32,000 bases of DNA, from contig NZ_CP042911.1 in the NCBI RefSeq assembly GCF_008065095.1, forward strand, positions 2,040,001-2,072,000, read 5' to 3'. Of this stretch, positions 1 through 8,656 are shown piece after piece. The notes beneath the pieces were generated by a model. It worked only from the letters and a program-made list of their open reading frames with translations, did no database searches and was not told where the DNA came from. Origin of the DNA: Gemmata obscuriglobus. GTDB lineage: Bacteria > Planctomycetota > Planctomycetia > Gemmatales > Gemmataceae. How positions within the stretch are numbered: the first letter of the stretch is position 1; the number at the start of each line of letters is the position of its first letter. A program made the position numbers and the translations under genes.

Positions 1-22
1 GATCCGGGAGTTACTCCTTCAG

Positions 23-949
23 ATGGGGGAGCCCGCGCCCCGGAACGTAACCGCGTTTCGGCTCAACAAGACGGCCGACCTAGCCGGCACCGTTAAAACG
101 CTCGCTGCCGCGTTCGGCCCGGATCGTGCTGTTCTCGTCCCGGTTCCGGTTGAGCAGGTGCTCCTCGTTTACGCGAGCGAACCCGACACACAGACCGTGC
201 AGAAACTCCTCGCGAATGTGCTGCTCCCTGAATCTGGCAGGTTGGACAATGTGTTCATGAAAACAGTAAGGCTGAAGAACATTCTTGCCGAGGACGCGTC
301 GGCGGAGGTGCGGGCGCAGTTCGGCAGGAGCGTTTCGGCGGTCGCGCTGCCGTCGAGCCGGCAACTGATGCTGTACGGGCCGGTAGACGTGGTCGAAGCC
401 GCGCTCAAGGTTGTCACCGCGCTGGACGAGGGCGGGACGGCGAAGACGTTCGAAATGCAATTTCAGAAGGCCGCGTGGCCGGATGTGCTCGACTGGTACG
501 CGAAGGTGTCTGGGCGAGTTATGAGCACGACCGTGAAGCCAACGGGGACGTTTACGTTTGCCGCTCCCAAACCGGGACAGCGGTACACACTCGCAGATGT
601 CACAGACATCATTAACGAAGCTCTGATGCAGCAGAAGCTCCTGCTCGTCCCCTGGCACACGACGTTCTTCATCCTCAAGCCGTCCGACGAGAAACTCGAT
701 TCGTTGATCGTGCCGTTGATCTCGCTGGAAGATTTGCCGCGGTTCGGGCGGACGGAACTGGTTCAGGTCATCGTTCCGGTTCCGAAGGGTGCGGCGGAGG
801 AGTTGGTCCCAGCGGTCAAGAAGAGGCTTGGGCCGTTCGGGTCGGTTACAACTCTCCATCGGGCGGATGCGCTGGTGGTTCAGGATGTTGCGGAGAACGT
901 CCGCGAGGTGTGCAAAATCTTCGGCGTGCCGACCGACCCGAAGCGGTAA
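23..949 (+). CDS. hypothetical protein with secretin-N/NolW-like repeated N-domains and no secretin barrel; possibly 5'-partial
   Basis: 308-codon ORF with GC-rich third positions like its neighbours. Segments such as FQKAAWPDVLDWYAKVSG..TGTFTF and VIVPVPKGAAEELVPAVKKRL..ALVVQDVAENVREV resemble the short alpha/beta N-domains of secretins by eye. The frame has no stop from position 2 to the ATG at 23, so the gene may begin upstream of the window. Confidence 0.5.
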   Translation: MGEPAPRNVTAFRLNKTADLAGTVKTLAAAFGPDRAVLVPVPVEQVLLVYASEPDTQTVQKLLANVLLPESGRLDNVFMKTVRLKNILAEDASAEVRAQFGRSVSAVALPSSRQLMLYGPVDVVEAALKVVTALDEGGTAKTFEMQFQKAAWPDVLDWYAKVSGRVMSTTVKPTGTFTFAAPKPGQRYTLADVTDIINEALMQQKLLLVPWHTTFFILKPSDEKLDSLIVPLISLEDLPRFGRTELVQVIVPVPKGAAEELVPAVKKRLGPFGSVTTLHRADALVVQDVAENVREVCKIFGVPTDPKR

Positions 950-980
950 TTGCCGCCCGCCGTTCGTAAGCTGACTCCCG

Positions 981-1787
981 TTGCCGCCGCCCGGGAGTCG
1001 CATCGTGGACCTCACGTACTCCGATTATCTGCACGTCGAACCGCTCCTCTCCCTCCAGCACCCGCGGTCCGAGCCGGAGGAGCACGACGAACTGCTCTTC
1101 ATCGTCGTCCACCAAGCCTACGAGCTGTGGTTCAAGCTCCTGCTGCACGAACTCGACAAGGTCAAAGGCGACTTCGTCGCGGGGCGCACGTACCCCGCGA
1201 TCAGCACCTTCAAGCGGCTCCGCACCGTGCTGAAGGTGGCCGTCGAGCAGGTGGACATCGTCGAGACGCTCACGCCGATGTCGTTCAACAGCTTCCGCGA
1301 CCGGCTCGATAAGGCGTCGGGATTCCAGTCGGGCCAGTTCCGCGAGATGGAGTTCCTGCTCGGGTACAAGCGCGCCGACATGCTGAAGTACCAGCCGGAG
1401 GGCACGCCGGCGCACGCGCGCTTACAGGCCCGCCTCCGCGAGCCGTCGATCGTCGACGCGTTTTACACCTTCCTCGGGCACCACGGCGTTGCGGTTCCCG
1501 GGCACCTCACGGCCCGCGACCTCACCCAGCCGACGCAACCCGACCCGGAAATTGAAGAGGGGCTGTTCCGGCTCTACAAGAGCCAGCCCGATCTGGAGAT
1601 CCTGTTCGAGCTGATGACCGACTTCGACGAGGGGCTGCAGGAGTGGCGGTACCGGCACATCAAGCTGGTGGAGCGGACCATCGGGAGCAAACGCGGCACC
1701 GGCGGGTCGTTGGGCGTGGAGTTCTTGAAACGATCGTTGTTCCACCCGGTGTTCCCGGACCTGTGGGCGATCCGGCACCGGCTGTGA
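981..1787 (+). CDS. kynA: tryptophan 2,3-dioxygenase
   Basis: LTYSDYLHVEPLLSLQHP, HDELLFIVVHQAYELWFKLLLHEL and WRYRHIKLVERTIGSKRGTGGS are typical of bacterial TDO. The start is TTG at 981 or the in-frame GTG at 1005. TGA stop at 1785-1787. Confidence 0.9.
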   Translation: MPPPGSRIVDLTYSDYLHVEPLLSLQHPRSEPEEHDELLFIVVHQAYELWFKLLLHELDKVKGDFVAGRTYPAISTFKRLRTVLKVAVEQVDIVETLTPMSFNSFRDRLDKASGFQSGQFREMEFLLGYKRADMLKYQPEGTPAHARLQARLREPSIVDAFYTFLGHHGVAVPGHLTARDLTQPTQPDPEIEEGLFRLYKSQPDLEILFELMTDFDEGLQEWRYRHIKLVERTIGSKRGTGGSLGVEFLKRSLFHPVFPDLWAIRHRL

Positions 1788-1922
1788 AGAAGAGAAGAGG
1801 GTTCACCGCAGAGGGCACGAGAGGGCGCAGAGAGAGCCAAGAGAGTTAAACGGCTGTGAAGAAGAGAAGAGGGTTCACCGCAAAGGGCACGAGAGGGCGC
1901 AGAGAGAGCCAAGAGAGTTAAA
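1779..1922. repeat. tandem direct repeat, 2 x 72 bp, 71/72 identical
   Basis: Unit is cggctgtgaagaagagaagagggttcaccgcagagggcacgagagggcgcagagagagccaagagagttaaa, at 1779-1850 and 1851-1922. The single difference is g1811 versus a1883. Copy 1 contains the last codons and stop of kynA (cgg ctg tga). Confidence 0.95.
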
Positions 1923-1946
1923 CTGTTCTCACCCTTTTGGGTTTCA

Positions 1947-1994
1947 TCTCTGCGCCCTCATGCGCCCTCTGCGGTGAACCCTCTTCTCTTCTTC
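1947..1994. repeat. inverted partial copy of the 72-bp repeat core
   Basis: The reverse complement of 1947-1994 is gaagaagagaagagggttcaccgcagagggcgcatgagggcgcagaga. It matches 1858-1905 and 1786-1833 with only a few mismatches in 48 nt by hand alignment (about 3-4), so it could form a long stem-loop with copy 2. Confidence 0.9.
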
Positions 1995-2037
1995 TGGTTC
2001 GCGCTTCGTAAGATACCGACGAACCGGGAGGGTGCCG

Positions 2038-3063
2038 ATGCGCAAGGTGATTTTCGTTCAGGGCGGCGGGCTGGGCCAGGACCAGGAGCTGTCGGTGCGG
2101 CGCCTGTTCGCGGCCGCGAAGGTGCCGGTCGAGTTCGAGGTCCACCTGGCCGGGCGGATGGCGCTCGAGCACGGCAAGGACGCGCTCCCGAAGGCCACCT
2201 TCGACGCGATCCGCGAGTGCGGGCTGGCGCTGAAGACCAAGCTGCTCCAGCCGAAGGGCGTCGGCATGCCCACGGCCCACGGCCCCAGCTCCGTGCCCAC
2301 CAACTACAACGTCGCGTTCCGGCGGCAGCTCGGGCTGTTCGCCTCCATGCGGCCGGTGCACAACCTGCCCGGGATCCCGAGCCGGTTCACGGGCGTGGAC
2401 TTCCTCCTGTTTCGCGAGATCACCGAGGACCTGTACACCGCCAGCGAGCACGAGATCGTGCCGGGCGTGGTGCAGAGCTTCAAGATCGTGACCGAGGCGG
2501 CATGCCTGCGGTTCTTCAAGCTCGCCTTCGACACCGCCCGCAAGCGGGGCCGCAAGACGGTCCACTGCATCCACAAGGCGAACATCCTCAAGATGGCCGA
2601 CGGGCTGTTCCTCGAGTGCTTTTACCGGGTCGCGAAGGAGTACCCCGAGATCGCGGCGAAGGACCTGATCGTCGACAACACCTGCAACCAGCTCGTGAGC
2701 CGCCCGCAGCAGTTCGAGGTGCTCGCGGCCGGCAACCTGTACGGCGACCTGCTGTCGGACCTGGGCGCCGGGCTGGTGGGCGGGGTCAGCACGACGGCGG
2801 CGATCAACAAGGGGAACGGGACCACCGTGTACGAGGCCGTGTACGGGGCGTCGCACGAGGCGGTCCCGCCGGACATGAGCAACCCGCTCCCGCTGATCCT
2901 GCCCGCCATCGAGCTGCTCAAGGACCTGGGCGAGACTGGGACCGCCGGGCGCATTCAGAAGGCGGTGGAGACGGTGCTGCTGGAGGGCCGGATTCGCACC
3001 CGCGACATCGGCGGCACCGCGACCACGACCGCGTTCACCGACGCCATCGTTAGCCGCATGTGA
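2038..3063 (+). CDS. isocitrate/isopropylmalate dehydrogenase family protein, a divergent member
   Basis: Family metal-site motif NLYGDLLSD, plus RRQLGLFASMRP and REITEDLY blocks. GGGAGG Shine-Dalgarno at 2026-2031 precedes the ATG at 2038; the ORF track starts at the GTG at 2032. The N-terminal GDGIG box reads GGGLG, and the HGSAPD box reads YGASHE. Confidence 0.8.
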   Translation: MRKVIFVQGGGLGQDQELSVRRLFAAAKVPVEFEVHLAGRMALEHGKDALPKATFDAIRECGLALKTKLLQPKGVGMPTAHGPSSVPTNYNVAFRRQLGLFASMRPVHNLPGIPSRFTGVDFLLFREITEDLYTASEHEIVPGVVQSFKIVTEAACLRFFKLAFDTARKRGRKTVHCIHKANILKMADGLFLECFYRVAKEYPEIAAKDLIVDNTCNQLVSRPQQFEVLAAGNLYGDLLSDLGAGLVGGVSTTAAINKGNGTTVYEAVYGASHEAVPPDMSNPLPLILPAIELLKDLGETGTAGRIQKAVETVLLEGRIRTRDIGGTATTTAFTDAIVSRM

Positions 3064-3112
3064 CGCCCCGCTTCCCGCTCCCGCACGGCCGCCGAGAAAG
3101 CGAGCGCCCACG

Positions 3113-3814
3113 TTGGAACTGCTGAACTTCACCGGCAACATCGCCCTCGCCGCGTTGCTGGGGGTGGTGATCGGCGCGGAGCGGCAGCTCCGCCGGCACC
3201 CCGCGGGGCTGCGCACCAACGCGCTGGTCAGCACCGGGGCGGCGCTGTTCGTGAGCCTCACACAGCTCCTCGGCGACCACAACAGCCCGAGCCGGATCGC
3301 GTCGTACATCGTCAGCGGGGTCGGGTTTCTCGGCGGCGGCGTCATTCTGAAGGACGGGACGACGATCCGCGGGCTGACCACCGCCGCCGGGCTGTGGTGC
3401 AGCGCCGCGGTCGGCACGATGGCCGGGATCGGGTTCGGCACGCACGCCGCGATCGGCACCGCGTTCGTGCTCGCGCTGGTGCTCGGGCTGCGGCCGGTGG
3501 CGCGGTGGATCGAAACGCGGCAGGCGCAGGCGCCGGACGCGCCCGGGTACTACAAATTGCGGGTCGTGTGCCAGGAGCGGGAGCACGCGGTCGTGCGCGC
3601 GGCGGTCGCCCGCCACCTCGGGTCGGCGCCGGGTGTGGCGGTCACCCGGATCGCGACCGAGAAGCCGAAGCGCAAGAAGCAGGCGGTCGTGAACGTGACC
3701 GCGGTCGCGACCCCGGCCGACGACCGTGCCATTCAGGACACCATCGGCCGGGTGCTCATCGAGCCGGGCGTGCGGTCCGCGAGCTGGGAGAAACTCCCGC
3801 CGCCGCCGGAGTGA
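3113..3814 (+). CDS. MgtC/SapB family membrane protein
   Basis: ALLGVVIGAERQLRRHPAGLRTNALVSTGAALFV, IVSGVGFLGGGVILK and GLTTAAGLWCSAAVGTMAGIG are the characteristic MgtC N-terminal membrane domain, followed by a soluble C-terminal domain. TTG start. Confidence 0.85.
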   Translation: MELLNFTGNIALAALLGVVIGAERQLRRHPAGLRTNALVSTGAALFVSLTQLLGDHNSPSRIASYIVSGVGFLGGGVILKDGTTIRGLTTAAGLWCSAAVGTMAGIGFGTHAAIGTAFVLALVLGLRPVARWIETRQAQAPDAPGYYKLRVVCQEREHAVVRAAVARHLGSAPGVAVTRIATEKPKRKKQAVVNVTAVATPADDRAIQDTIGRVLIEPGVRSASWEKLPPPPE

Positions 3815-4043
3815 CATCACGTCTTGTCGCTCACTCTGTGCGTTCGCAGTTCGATTGTTGATGTCTGATTTGATTTTGTCTTTGTGGCACAGACACAACC
3901 ACCCGCCTGCGTTATCCAGAGACTTGTGCCCCTGGGCATTTTGCGGCTTCAGGTTCGTCTTGTGTGTCCGACGGGGGCGTGTTACACCGGCGCCACTGCG
4001 GATTCCATCTCTCGACCGGAACCCGCCGCCCCCGGGAGCCGAT

Positions 4044-5255
4044 ATGCCCCCCTCGTTCGTCGTGATCGTGCCCACCCGGAACCGCGCGGCCCTTGCGAAG
4101 AACGCGATCGGCAGCGTACTTTCGCAGGCAGGTACCAACGTCCGGTTGCTCGTTTCGGACAACTCAACGACCCCGGCGGAACGGGCGGAACTGGCGGCGC
4201 ACTGCTCCCGGCTCGCGGACCCGAGGGTGCAGTACGTGAACCCGCCCGAGCCGCTCCCGATGCCGGCGCACTGGGAGTTCGCTGTCGGGTACGCCCAAAA
4301 GAACTACGACGCCACCCACTTCGTCATCCTCACGGACCGGATGATGTTCCGGGCCGGGATGCTCGCCGCCGTGACCGAACTGGTTGCCGAGCGGCCCGAC
4401 GACGTGCTGTCGTACAACGACGACATGGTTCACGACCTGCACTCGCCGGTGCGGTTGGAGCGGAAACCGCTGACCGGGAAGGTGTTCGACCTCGAAGCGG
4501 AGCAACTCCTCTACCTGTCCTCGATCGGGGTGTTCCCACAAGCGCTACCACGGATGCTCAACTGCGTCGTGCCGCGCGGCCTGCTGGCCGCGATCCGCAC
4601 CCGGTTCGGGGATGTGTACACGTCCGTGGCCCCGGACCTGTGCCACGCGTACCGGTGCATGTCGCTGCGCGACCGGGTCCGGTATTTCGACGCCCCGGTG
4701 ATGGTGCAGTACGGGTTCGCCAAGAGTAACGGCACCGGCTACTACGGCGGCAAGACGAACGACGCCTGGGTGGACTTTAACCGGTGCGCCGGGGCGCGCG
4801 GCATCACGTTCGCGGCGCCCGTCCCCGAGGTGTGCTGCAACCTGAACGTCGTGTACCACGAGTACTGCTTCGTGCGCGAGCAGGCCAACGATCCGGCCCG
4901 GTTCCCGGCCGTGGACTGGACCCGGTACGTTCACGCCATCGCCAACGACATTCAGTCGTGCGCGAACCCCGAAAACCGTGCGGCCCTGTTCGCGGTGCTG
5001 AAGGCGCGGGTCGGTGCCGACCTCGCCGGGTGGGCACCGCCGCCCGCGGCGCCGCCGGCCCCTCCCGCGCCGCGAAAATCCCTCTGGGCCAAGCTGCGTG
5101 ACGCGGCCCGCGCCGCACGCGGGGAACCGGCCGCCGACGGCACCTTCCGGACCACCGCCGCGGCCCTCGCGTACTCGCACCGCACCGCACCTGTTTACGT
5201 GCCGATCAACGACCACGTTCAGTACATGCAGCGCGGCTGGAAGCTCGCCGGTTGA
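4044..5255 (+). CDS. glycosyltransferase family 2-like protein
   Basis: The N-terminus FVVIVPTRNRAALAKNAIGSVLSQ..VRLLVSDNSTT..RVQYV has a GT2 (GT-A) layout. I chose the in-frame ATG at 4044. The ORF-track start at 3726 would add an Arg/Ser-rich stretch that does not look like protein. Confidence 0.75.
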   Translation: MPPSFVVIVPTRNRAALAKNAIGSVLSQAGTNVRLLVSDNSTTPAERAELAAHCSRLADPRVQYVNPPEPLPMPAHWEFAVGYAQKNYDATHFVILTDRMMFRAGMLAAVTELVAERPDDVLSYNDDMVHDLHSPVRLERKPLTGKVFDLEAEQLLYLSSIGVFPQALPRMLNCVVPRGLLAAIRTRFGDVYTSVAPDLCHAYRCMSLRDRVRYFDAPVMVQYGFAKSNGTGYYGGKTNDAWVDFNRCAGARGITFAAPVPEVCCNLNVVYHEYCFVREQANDPARFPAVDWTRYVHAIANDIQSCANPENRAALFAVLKARVGADLAGWAPPPAAPPAPPAPRKSLWAKLRDAARAARGEPAADGTFRTTAAALAYSHRTAPVYVPINDHVQYMQRGWKLAG

Positions 5256-5286
5256 CCCGCTCCCGACGCGAACCGAGGAGGACCGC

Positions 5287-6783
5287 GTGACCGCCCCGCG
5301 TTTCAGCATCGTGATCCCCACCCGCGAGCGCCCGCACACGCTCGAACACACCCTCACCACGTGCCTGGCGCAAACGGGCGACTTCGAAGTCGTGGTGAGC
5401 GACAACTGGAGCGGGCCGCGCACCCGCGAGCTGGTCGAGGCCCGCGCCGACCCGCGGGTGCGGTACGTCCGCACGCCGGCGCTGCTTGCGATGACCGACA
5501 GCCTCGAGTTCGCGGTGTCGCACGCCCGCGGCGAGTACGTCATCGTTCAGGGCGACGACGACGGGCTGCTGCGGCACGCGCTGGCCGCGGTCGACGCGGC
5601 GCTGACCGCCACCGGGGCCGCCGTGCTCCAGTGGGACAGCGCGGTGTACAACTGGCCGGACGTCCGCAACCCCTACTTCAGCCCGGACACGCTGCTGCTG
5701 CCGCTGCTGCACCGGCCCGTCGGGCACCTGCTCCGGCCCCGCGCGGCGCGCCAGGTGATCGCCGAGGTGGCGGCCGGGCGGGTGCCCTACTCCGAGCTGC
5801 CGGTCATTTACAACGCGGTGATCAAACGCGACCTGTTCGACCGGCTCCGGGCGCGCACCGGGCGGGTGTTCAAGACCCGCACGCCCGACGTGCACGCCGC
5901 GTTCGCGGTGGCCGCGCTGGTGGATACGTTCCACGCGCTGCGTGCCCCGATCGGGGTGTGCGGGCGCTCCGGTGCGAGCACCGGCGTCGCGCGGCACTTC
6001 AGTAAGAAGGGGTCGCCGATCGACAACGAGTTCCGCCGGCTGAACGAGGCCGCCGGGCTCCCGCTGCACCCGTGGGTGCCGGACCTGCCGCCGATCCCGT
6101 CGGCCGTGGCCGACGCGTTCCTGTGGGCGAAGGCCGACCTGTTTCCGGACGACGCGGGCACGAACCTGGACCGCGCCCAACTGGTCCGCGACTGTATCGC
6201 CGAGACCGAGCTGGACGGCGCCGCGGAGTGGGACGAGGTGCGGGCGGCGTGCCGGGCGGCGCTGGCCGACGCCCCGGAACTGCTCGCGTGGTTCGAGCGC
6301 GAGTACGGGGCACGGGAGTGGAGCGAACTGCCGCGGCCGGACCGCGGCCGGCACCGGTCCTGGCGCCGGTACGGCCCCGGGCACCTGTTCCTCGACACCG
6401 CCGCCTTCGGCGCACGCAATGTTGACGACGTGGCCGACCTGTGCGAGCGCCTGCTCGGTTACGCCCGCGACGGCGTCAACTACCACATCGAAACCTCGGC
6501 CGGGGACGCCGAGCGGTCCGAGCTTCAGGAGAAGGAGTCGCAAGTCCGGTACCTGACCCGCGAGTGCGCGGAGCTACAGGAGCAACTGCGCCGGCAGCAC
6601 ACGGCGTTCACCCAGCACATTGGGGGGCAGGACGAGCGGCTGCGGGTTCAGGAAGAACGGCTCAAACGCCAGGACGAGGTGCTGGCCGGTCAGCGGCTCC
6701 GGATCGTTGGGCTCGAAAAGCAGACACAGAAGGGCGTGATCGGCCGGCTCGCGGACCTGATCCGCCCGCGCCGCGCCGGGTGA
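5287..6783 (+). CDS. glycosyltransferase family 2-like protein with a C-terminal coiled-coil tail
   Basis: FSIVIPTRERPHTLEHTLTTCLAQ..EVVVSDNWSG..RVRYV..YVIVQGDDDG is GT2-like. The C-terminus LQEKESQVRYLTRECAELQEQLRRQ..RVQEERLKRQDEVL has heptad character. GTG at 5287 is preceded by GAGGAGGA at 5275-5282. Confidence 0.75.
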   Translation: MTAPRFSIVIPTRERPHTLEHTLTTCLAQTGDFEVVVSDNWSGPRTRELVEARADPRVRYVRTPALLAMTDSLEFAVSHARGEYVIVQGDDDGLLRHALAAVDAALTATGAAVLQWDSAVYNWPDVRNPYFSPDTLLLPLLHRPVGHLLRPRAARQVIAEVAAGRVPYSELPVIYNAVIKRDLFDRLRARTGRVFKTRTPDVHAAFAVAALVDTFHALRAPIGVCGRSGASTGVARHFSKKGSPIDNEFRRLNEAAGLPLHPWVPDLPPIPSAVADAFLWAKADLFPDDAGTNLDRAQLVRDCIAETELDGAAEWDEVRAACRAALADAPELLAWFEREYGAREWSELPRPDRGRHRSWRRYGPGHLFLDTAAFGARNVDDVADLCERLLGYARDGVNYHIETSAGDAERSELQEKESQVRYLTRECAELQEQLRRQHTAFTQHIGGQDERLRVQEERLKRQDEVLAGQRLRIVGLEKQTQKGVIGRLADLIRPRRAG

Positions 6784-6805
6784 CCCGGCGCGGCGGCCCC
6801 GAGGG

Positions 6806-8515
6806 TCAGTAGCCGACGGCCGCGCCGTCCTTGCGGGACTCGGTGCCGCCGTGCAGCACGTTCGTTTTCGGGTCGATCAGGATGCCCTGATAGCCGCCGC
6901 CGTTCACCTTGACGCGCTCGACCACGTGGCCGCGGCGATCCAACTCCTTGACCACCTCGACCGGGATGCCGGGTTCGGCCTTGACCGTGCCCCCCTTTGC
7001 GCCCGCGGGCTCTCCTCTCGGGCTCGCGCTGCCGACGTGTTCGACCCGGGGCGCGTCCCCGGCGGCCTGCACGTTCATCCCGAAATCGATCAGGTTCACC
7101 AGCACCTGAACGTGCCCCTGCGGCTGCATGTCGCCGCCCATCACCCCGAACGTGAGCCACGGCTTCCCGTCCTTGGTGACCATCGCCGGGATGATGGTGT
7201 GAAAGGGCCGCTTGCCGGGTTCGAGCTTGTTCGCGTGGCTCTCGTCGAGCGCGAACAGGCACCCGCGGTTCTGGATGCCGAACCCGGTGCCCGGGGCGCT
7301 CAGCCCGGACCCGAAGCCCGAGTAGTTACTCTGGATCAGTGACACGCAGTTGCGGTCCTTGTCCACCACCGTCAGGTAGATCGTTTCCGAGGTGCTCAGC
7401 TTCGGGTCGCCGGCGGGCACGTCGGTGAGCGCTTTGTTCGGGTCGAGCAGTTTGGCCCGCTTCGCGGCGTACTCTTTTGAGACGAGGTCCGCCACCGGCA
7501 CCTTCGCGAACACCGGGTCCGCGTAGAACTTCGCGCGGTCGGCGAACGCGAGCTTCGTGGCTTCGACGAGCAGGTGCCAGTAGTCGGGCGAGTTCGGTCC
7601 CATCTTTTTCACGTCGTGCGGCTCGATCAGGTTGAGCATCTGCAACGCGGCGATGCCCTGGCCGGGCGGCGGCAGCTCCCACACGTCGTACCCGCGGTAC
7701 GACGCCTTGACCGGATCGACCCACTCCGACGTGTGATCGGCGAAGTCCTTGAGCGCGAAAAGCCCCCCGACCTTATCCGAAAGCGCCACGAGCTTTTCGG
7801 CGACTTCTCCCTTGTAGAAGGCGTCGCGCCCGCCGTCCGCGATCAGCTTGTAGGAGCGGGCCAGGTGCGGGTTCTTGAACACCTCGCCCGCGTTCGGCGA
7901 GCGGAGCGCGGCGCCGTCGCGGACCAGGAAGGTCTCGCGCATCCCGGGGTCGCGCATCTTGTTGACCGATTTCCAGTGCCCCGAAATCACTTCGGGCACG
8001 GGCACCCCGGCCTCCGCGTATCCGATGGCCGGGGTAAGCAGCTCCTTGAAACCCTTCGTACCGAACCGGGTCCGGAGCTGGTCCCAGCCGTCCACGCACC
8101 CCGGGACCGACCACGACAGCGGCCCGGAGGTCGGAATCGCGTTCAGTCCCTTTTCTTTGAAGTACGGGAGGGTGGCTTTACCCGGCGCGCGGCCGCTGGC
8201 GTTGAGGCCGTAGAGCTTTTGCGTCTTCGCGTCCCAGACGATCGCGAACAGGTCGCCGCCGATGCCGCACGAGGTGGGTTCCATCAGCCCCATCGCCGCG
8301 CTGGTGGCGATCGCGGCATCGACGGCGTTGCCGCCGCCCTTCAGTACGTCGAGCCCGACCTGTGCCGCGAGTGGGTGACTGGTGGCGACCATGCCGTTGG
8401 TCGCCACGGTGACGGAACGGGTGGACCGCCCCGCCGGCGTGACCGGCCGCTCCGCGGCCAGAAGGGCGGCTGCGGCGAGCGCGAAGGCGGCTGCGAACAG
8501 AACGCGGGTGCGCAT
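6806..8515 (-). CDS. ggt: gamma-glutamyltransferase
   Basis: TSHPLAAQVGLDVLKGGGNAVDAAIA, SCGIGGDLF, TIYLTVVDKDRNCVSLIQSNY (autoprocessing Thr region) and GVMGGDMQPQG. The start is set at the ATG giving MRTRVLFAAAFALAAAALLAA, which looks like a signal peptide. The ORF track starts 10 codons earlier at 8545. Confidence 0.9.
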   Translation of the reverse strand: MRTRVLFAAAFALAAAALLAAERPVTPAGRSTRSVTVATNGMVATSHPLAAQVGLDVLKGGGNAVDAAIATSAAMGLMEPTSCGIGGDLFAIVWDAKTQKLYGLNASGRAPGKATLPYFKEKGLNAIPTSGPLSWSVPGCVDGWDQLRTRFGTKGFKELLTPAIGYAEAGVPVPEVISGHWKSVNKMRDPGMRETFLVRDGAALRSPNAGEVFKNPHLARSYKLIADGGRDAFYKGEVAEKLVALSDKVGGLFALKDFADHTSEWVDPVKASYRGYDVWELPPPGQGIAALQMLNLIEPHDVKKMGPNSPDYWHLLVEATKLAFADRAKFYADPVFAKVPVADLVSKEYAAKRAKLLDPNKALTDVPAGDPKLSTSETIYLTVVDKDRNCVSLIQSNYSGFGSGLSAPGTGFGIQNRGCLFALDESHANKLEPGKRPFHTIIPAMVTKDGKPWLTFGVMGGDMQPQGHVQVLVNLIDFGMNVQAAGDAPRVEHVGSASPRGEPAGAKGGTVKAEPGIPVEVVKELDRRGHVVERVKVNGGGYQGILIDPKTNVLHGGTESRKDGAAVGY

Positions 8516-8532
8516 TGACAGACTCCAAATCC

Positions 8533-8571
8533 GACCCACCCCCAACCCCTCCCTGAAGGGAGGGGAGCAAG
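8533..8571. repeat. REP/MITE-like 39-bp element, left arm of a perfect inverted repeat
   Basis: acccacccccaacccctccctgaagggaggggagcaaga. It contains its own 8-bp hairpin, cccctccc-tgaa-gggagggg. Confidence 0.95.
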
Positions 8572-8610
8572 AGCCAATGAACCACGCGTCGGTCGTGCGG
8601 TTCGCGCGGA

Positions 8611-8649
8611 TTCTTGCTCCCCTCCCTTCAGGGAGGGGTTGGGGGTGGG
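8611..8649. repeat. REP/MITE-like 39-bp element, right arm
   Basis: tcttgctcccctcccttcagggaggggttgggggtgggt is the exact reverse complement of 8533-8571. The arms are separated by 39 bp. Confidence 0.95.
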
Positions 8650-8656
8650 TTAGTTT

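Noticed and set aside
1779-1922. Possible CRISPR array.
   Set aside because: There are only two directly abutting 72-bp copies with no spacers. The unit is far longer than a CRISPR repeat, and no cas genes are present in the window.
3726-4043. N-terminal extensions implied by the ORF track. These affect GT2 gene 1 from 3726, GT2 gene 2 from 5014, aroB up to 17945, the PVC protein up to 11767, the kinase from 21415 and the sigma factor from 20709.
   Set aside because: The extensions are not protein-like, overlap upstream genes, or precede an internal start that has a Shine-Dalgarno sequence and yields the canonical family N-terminus or a signal peptide.
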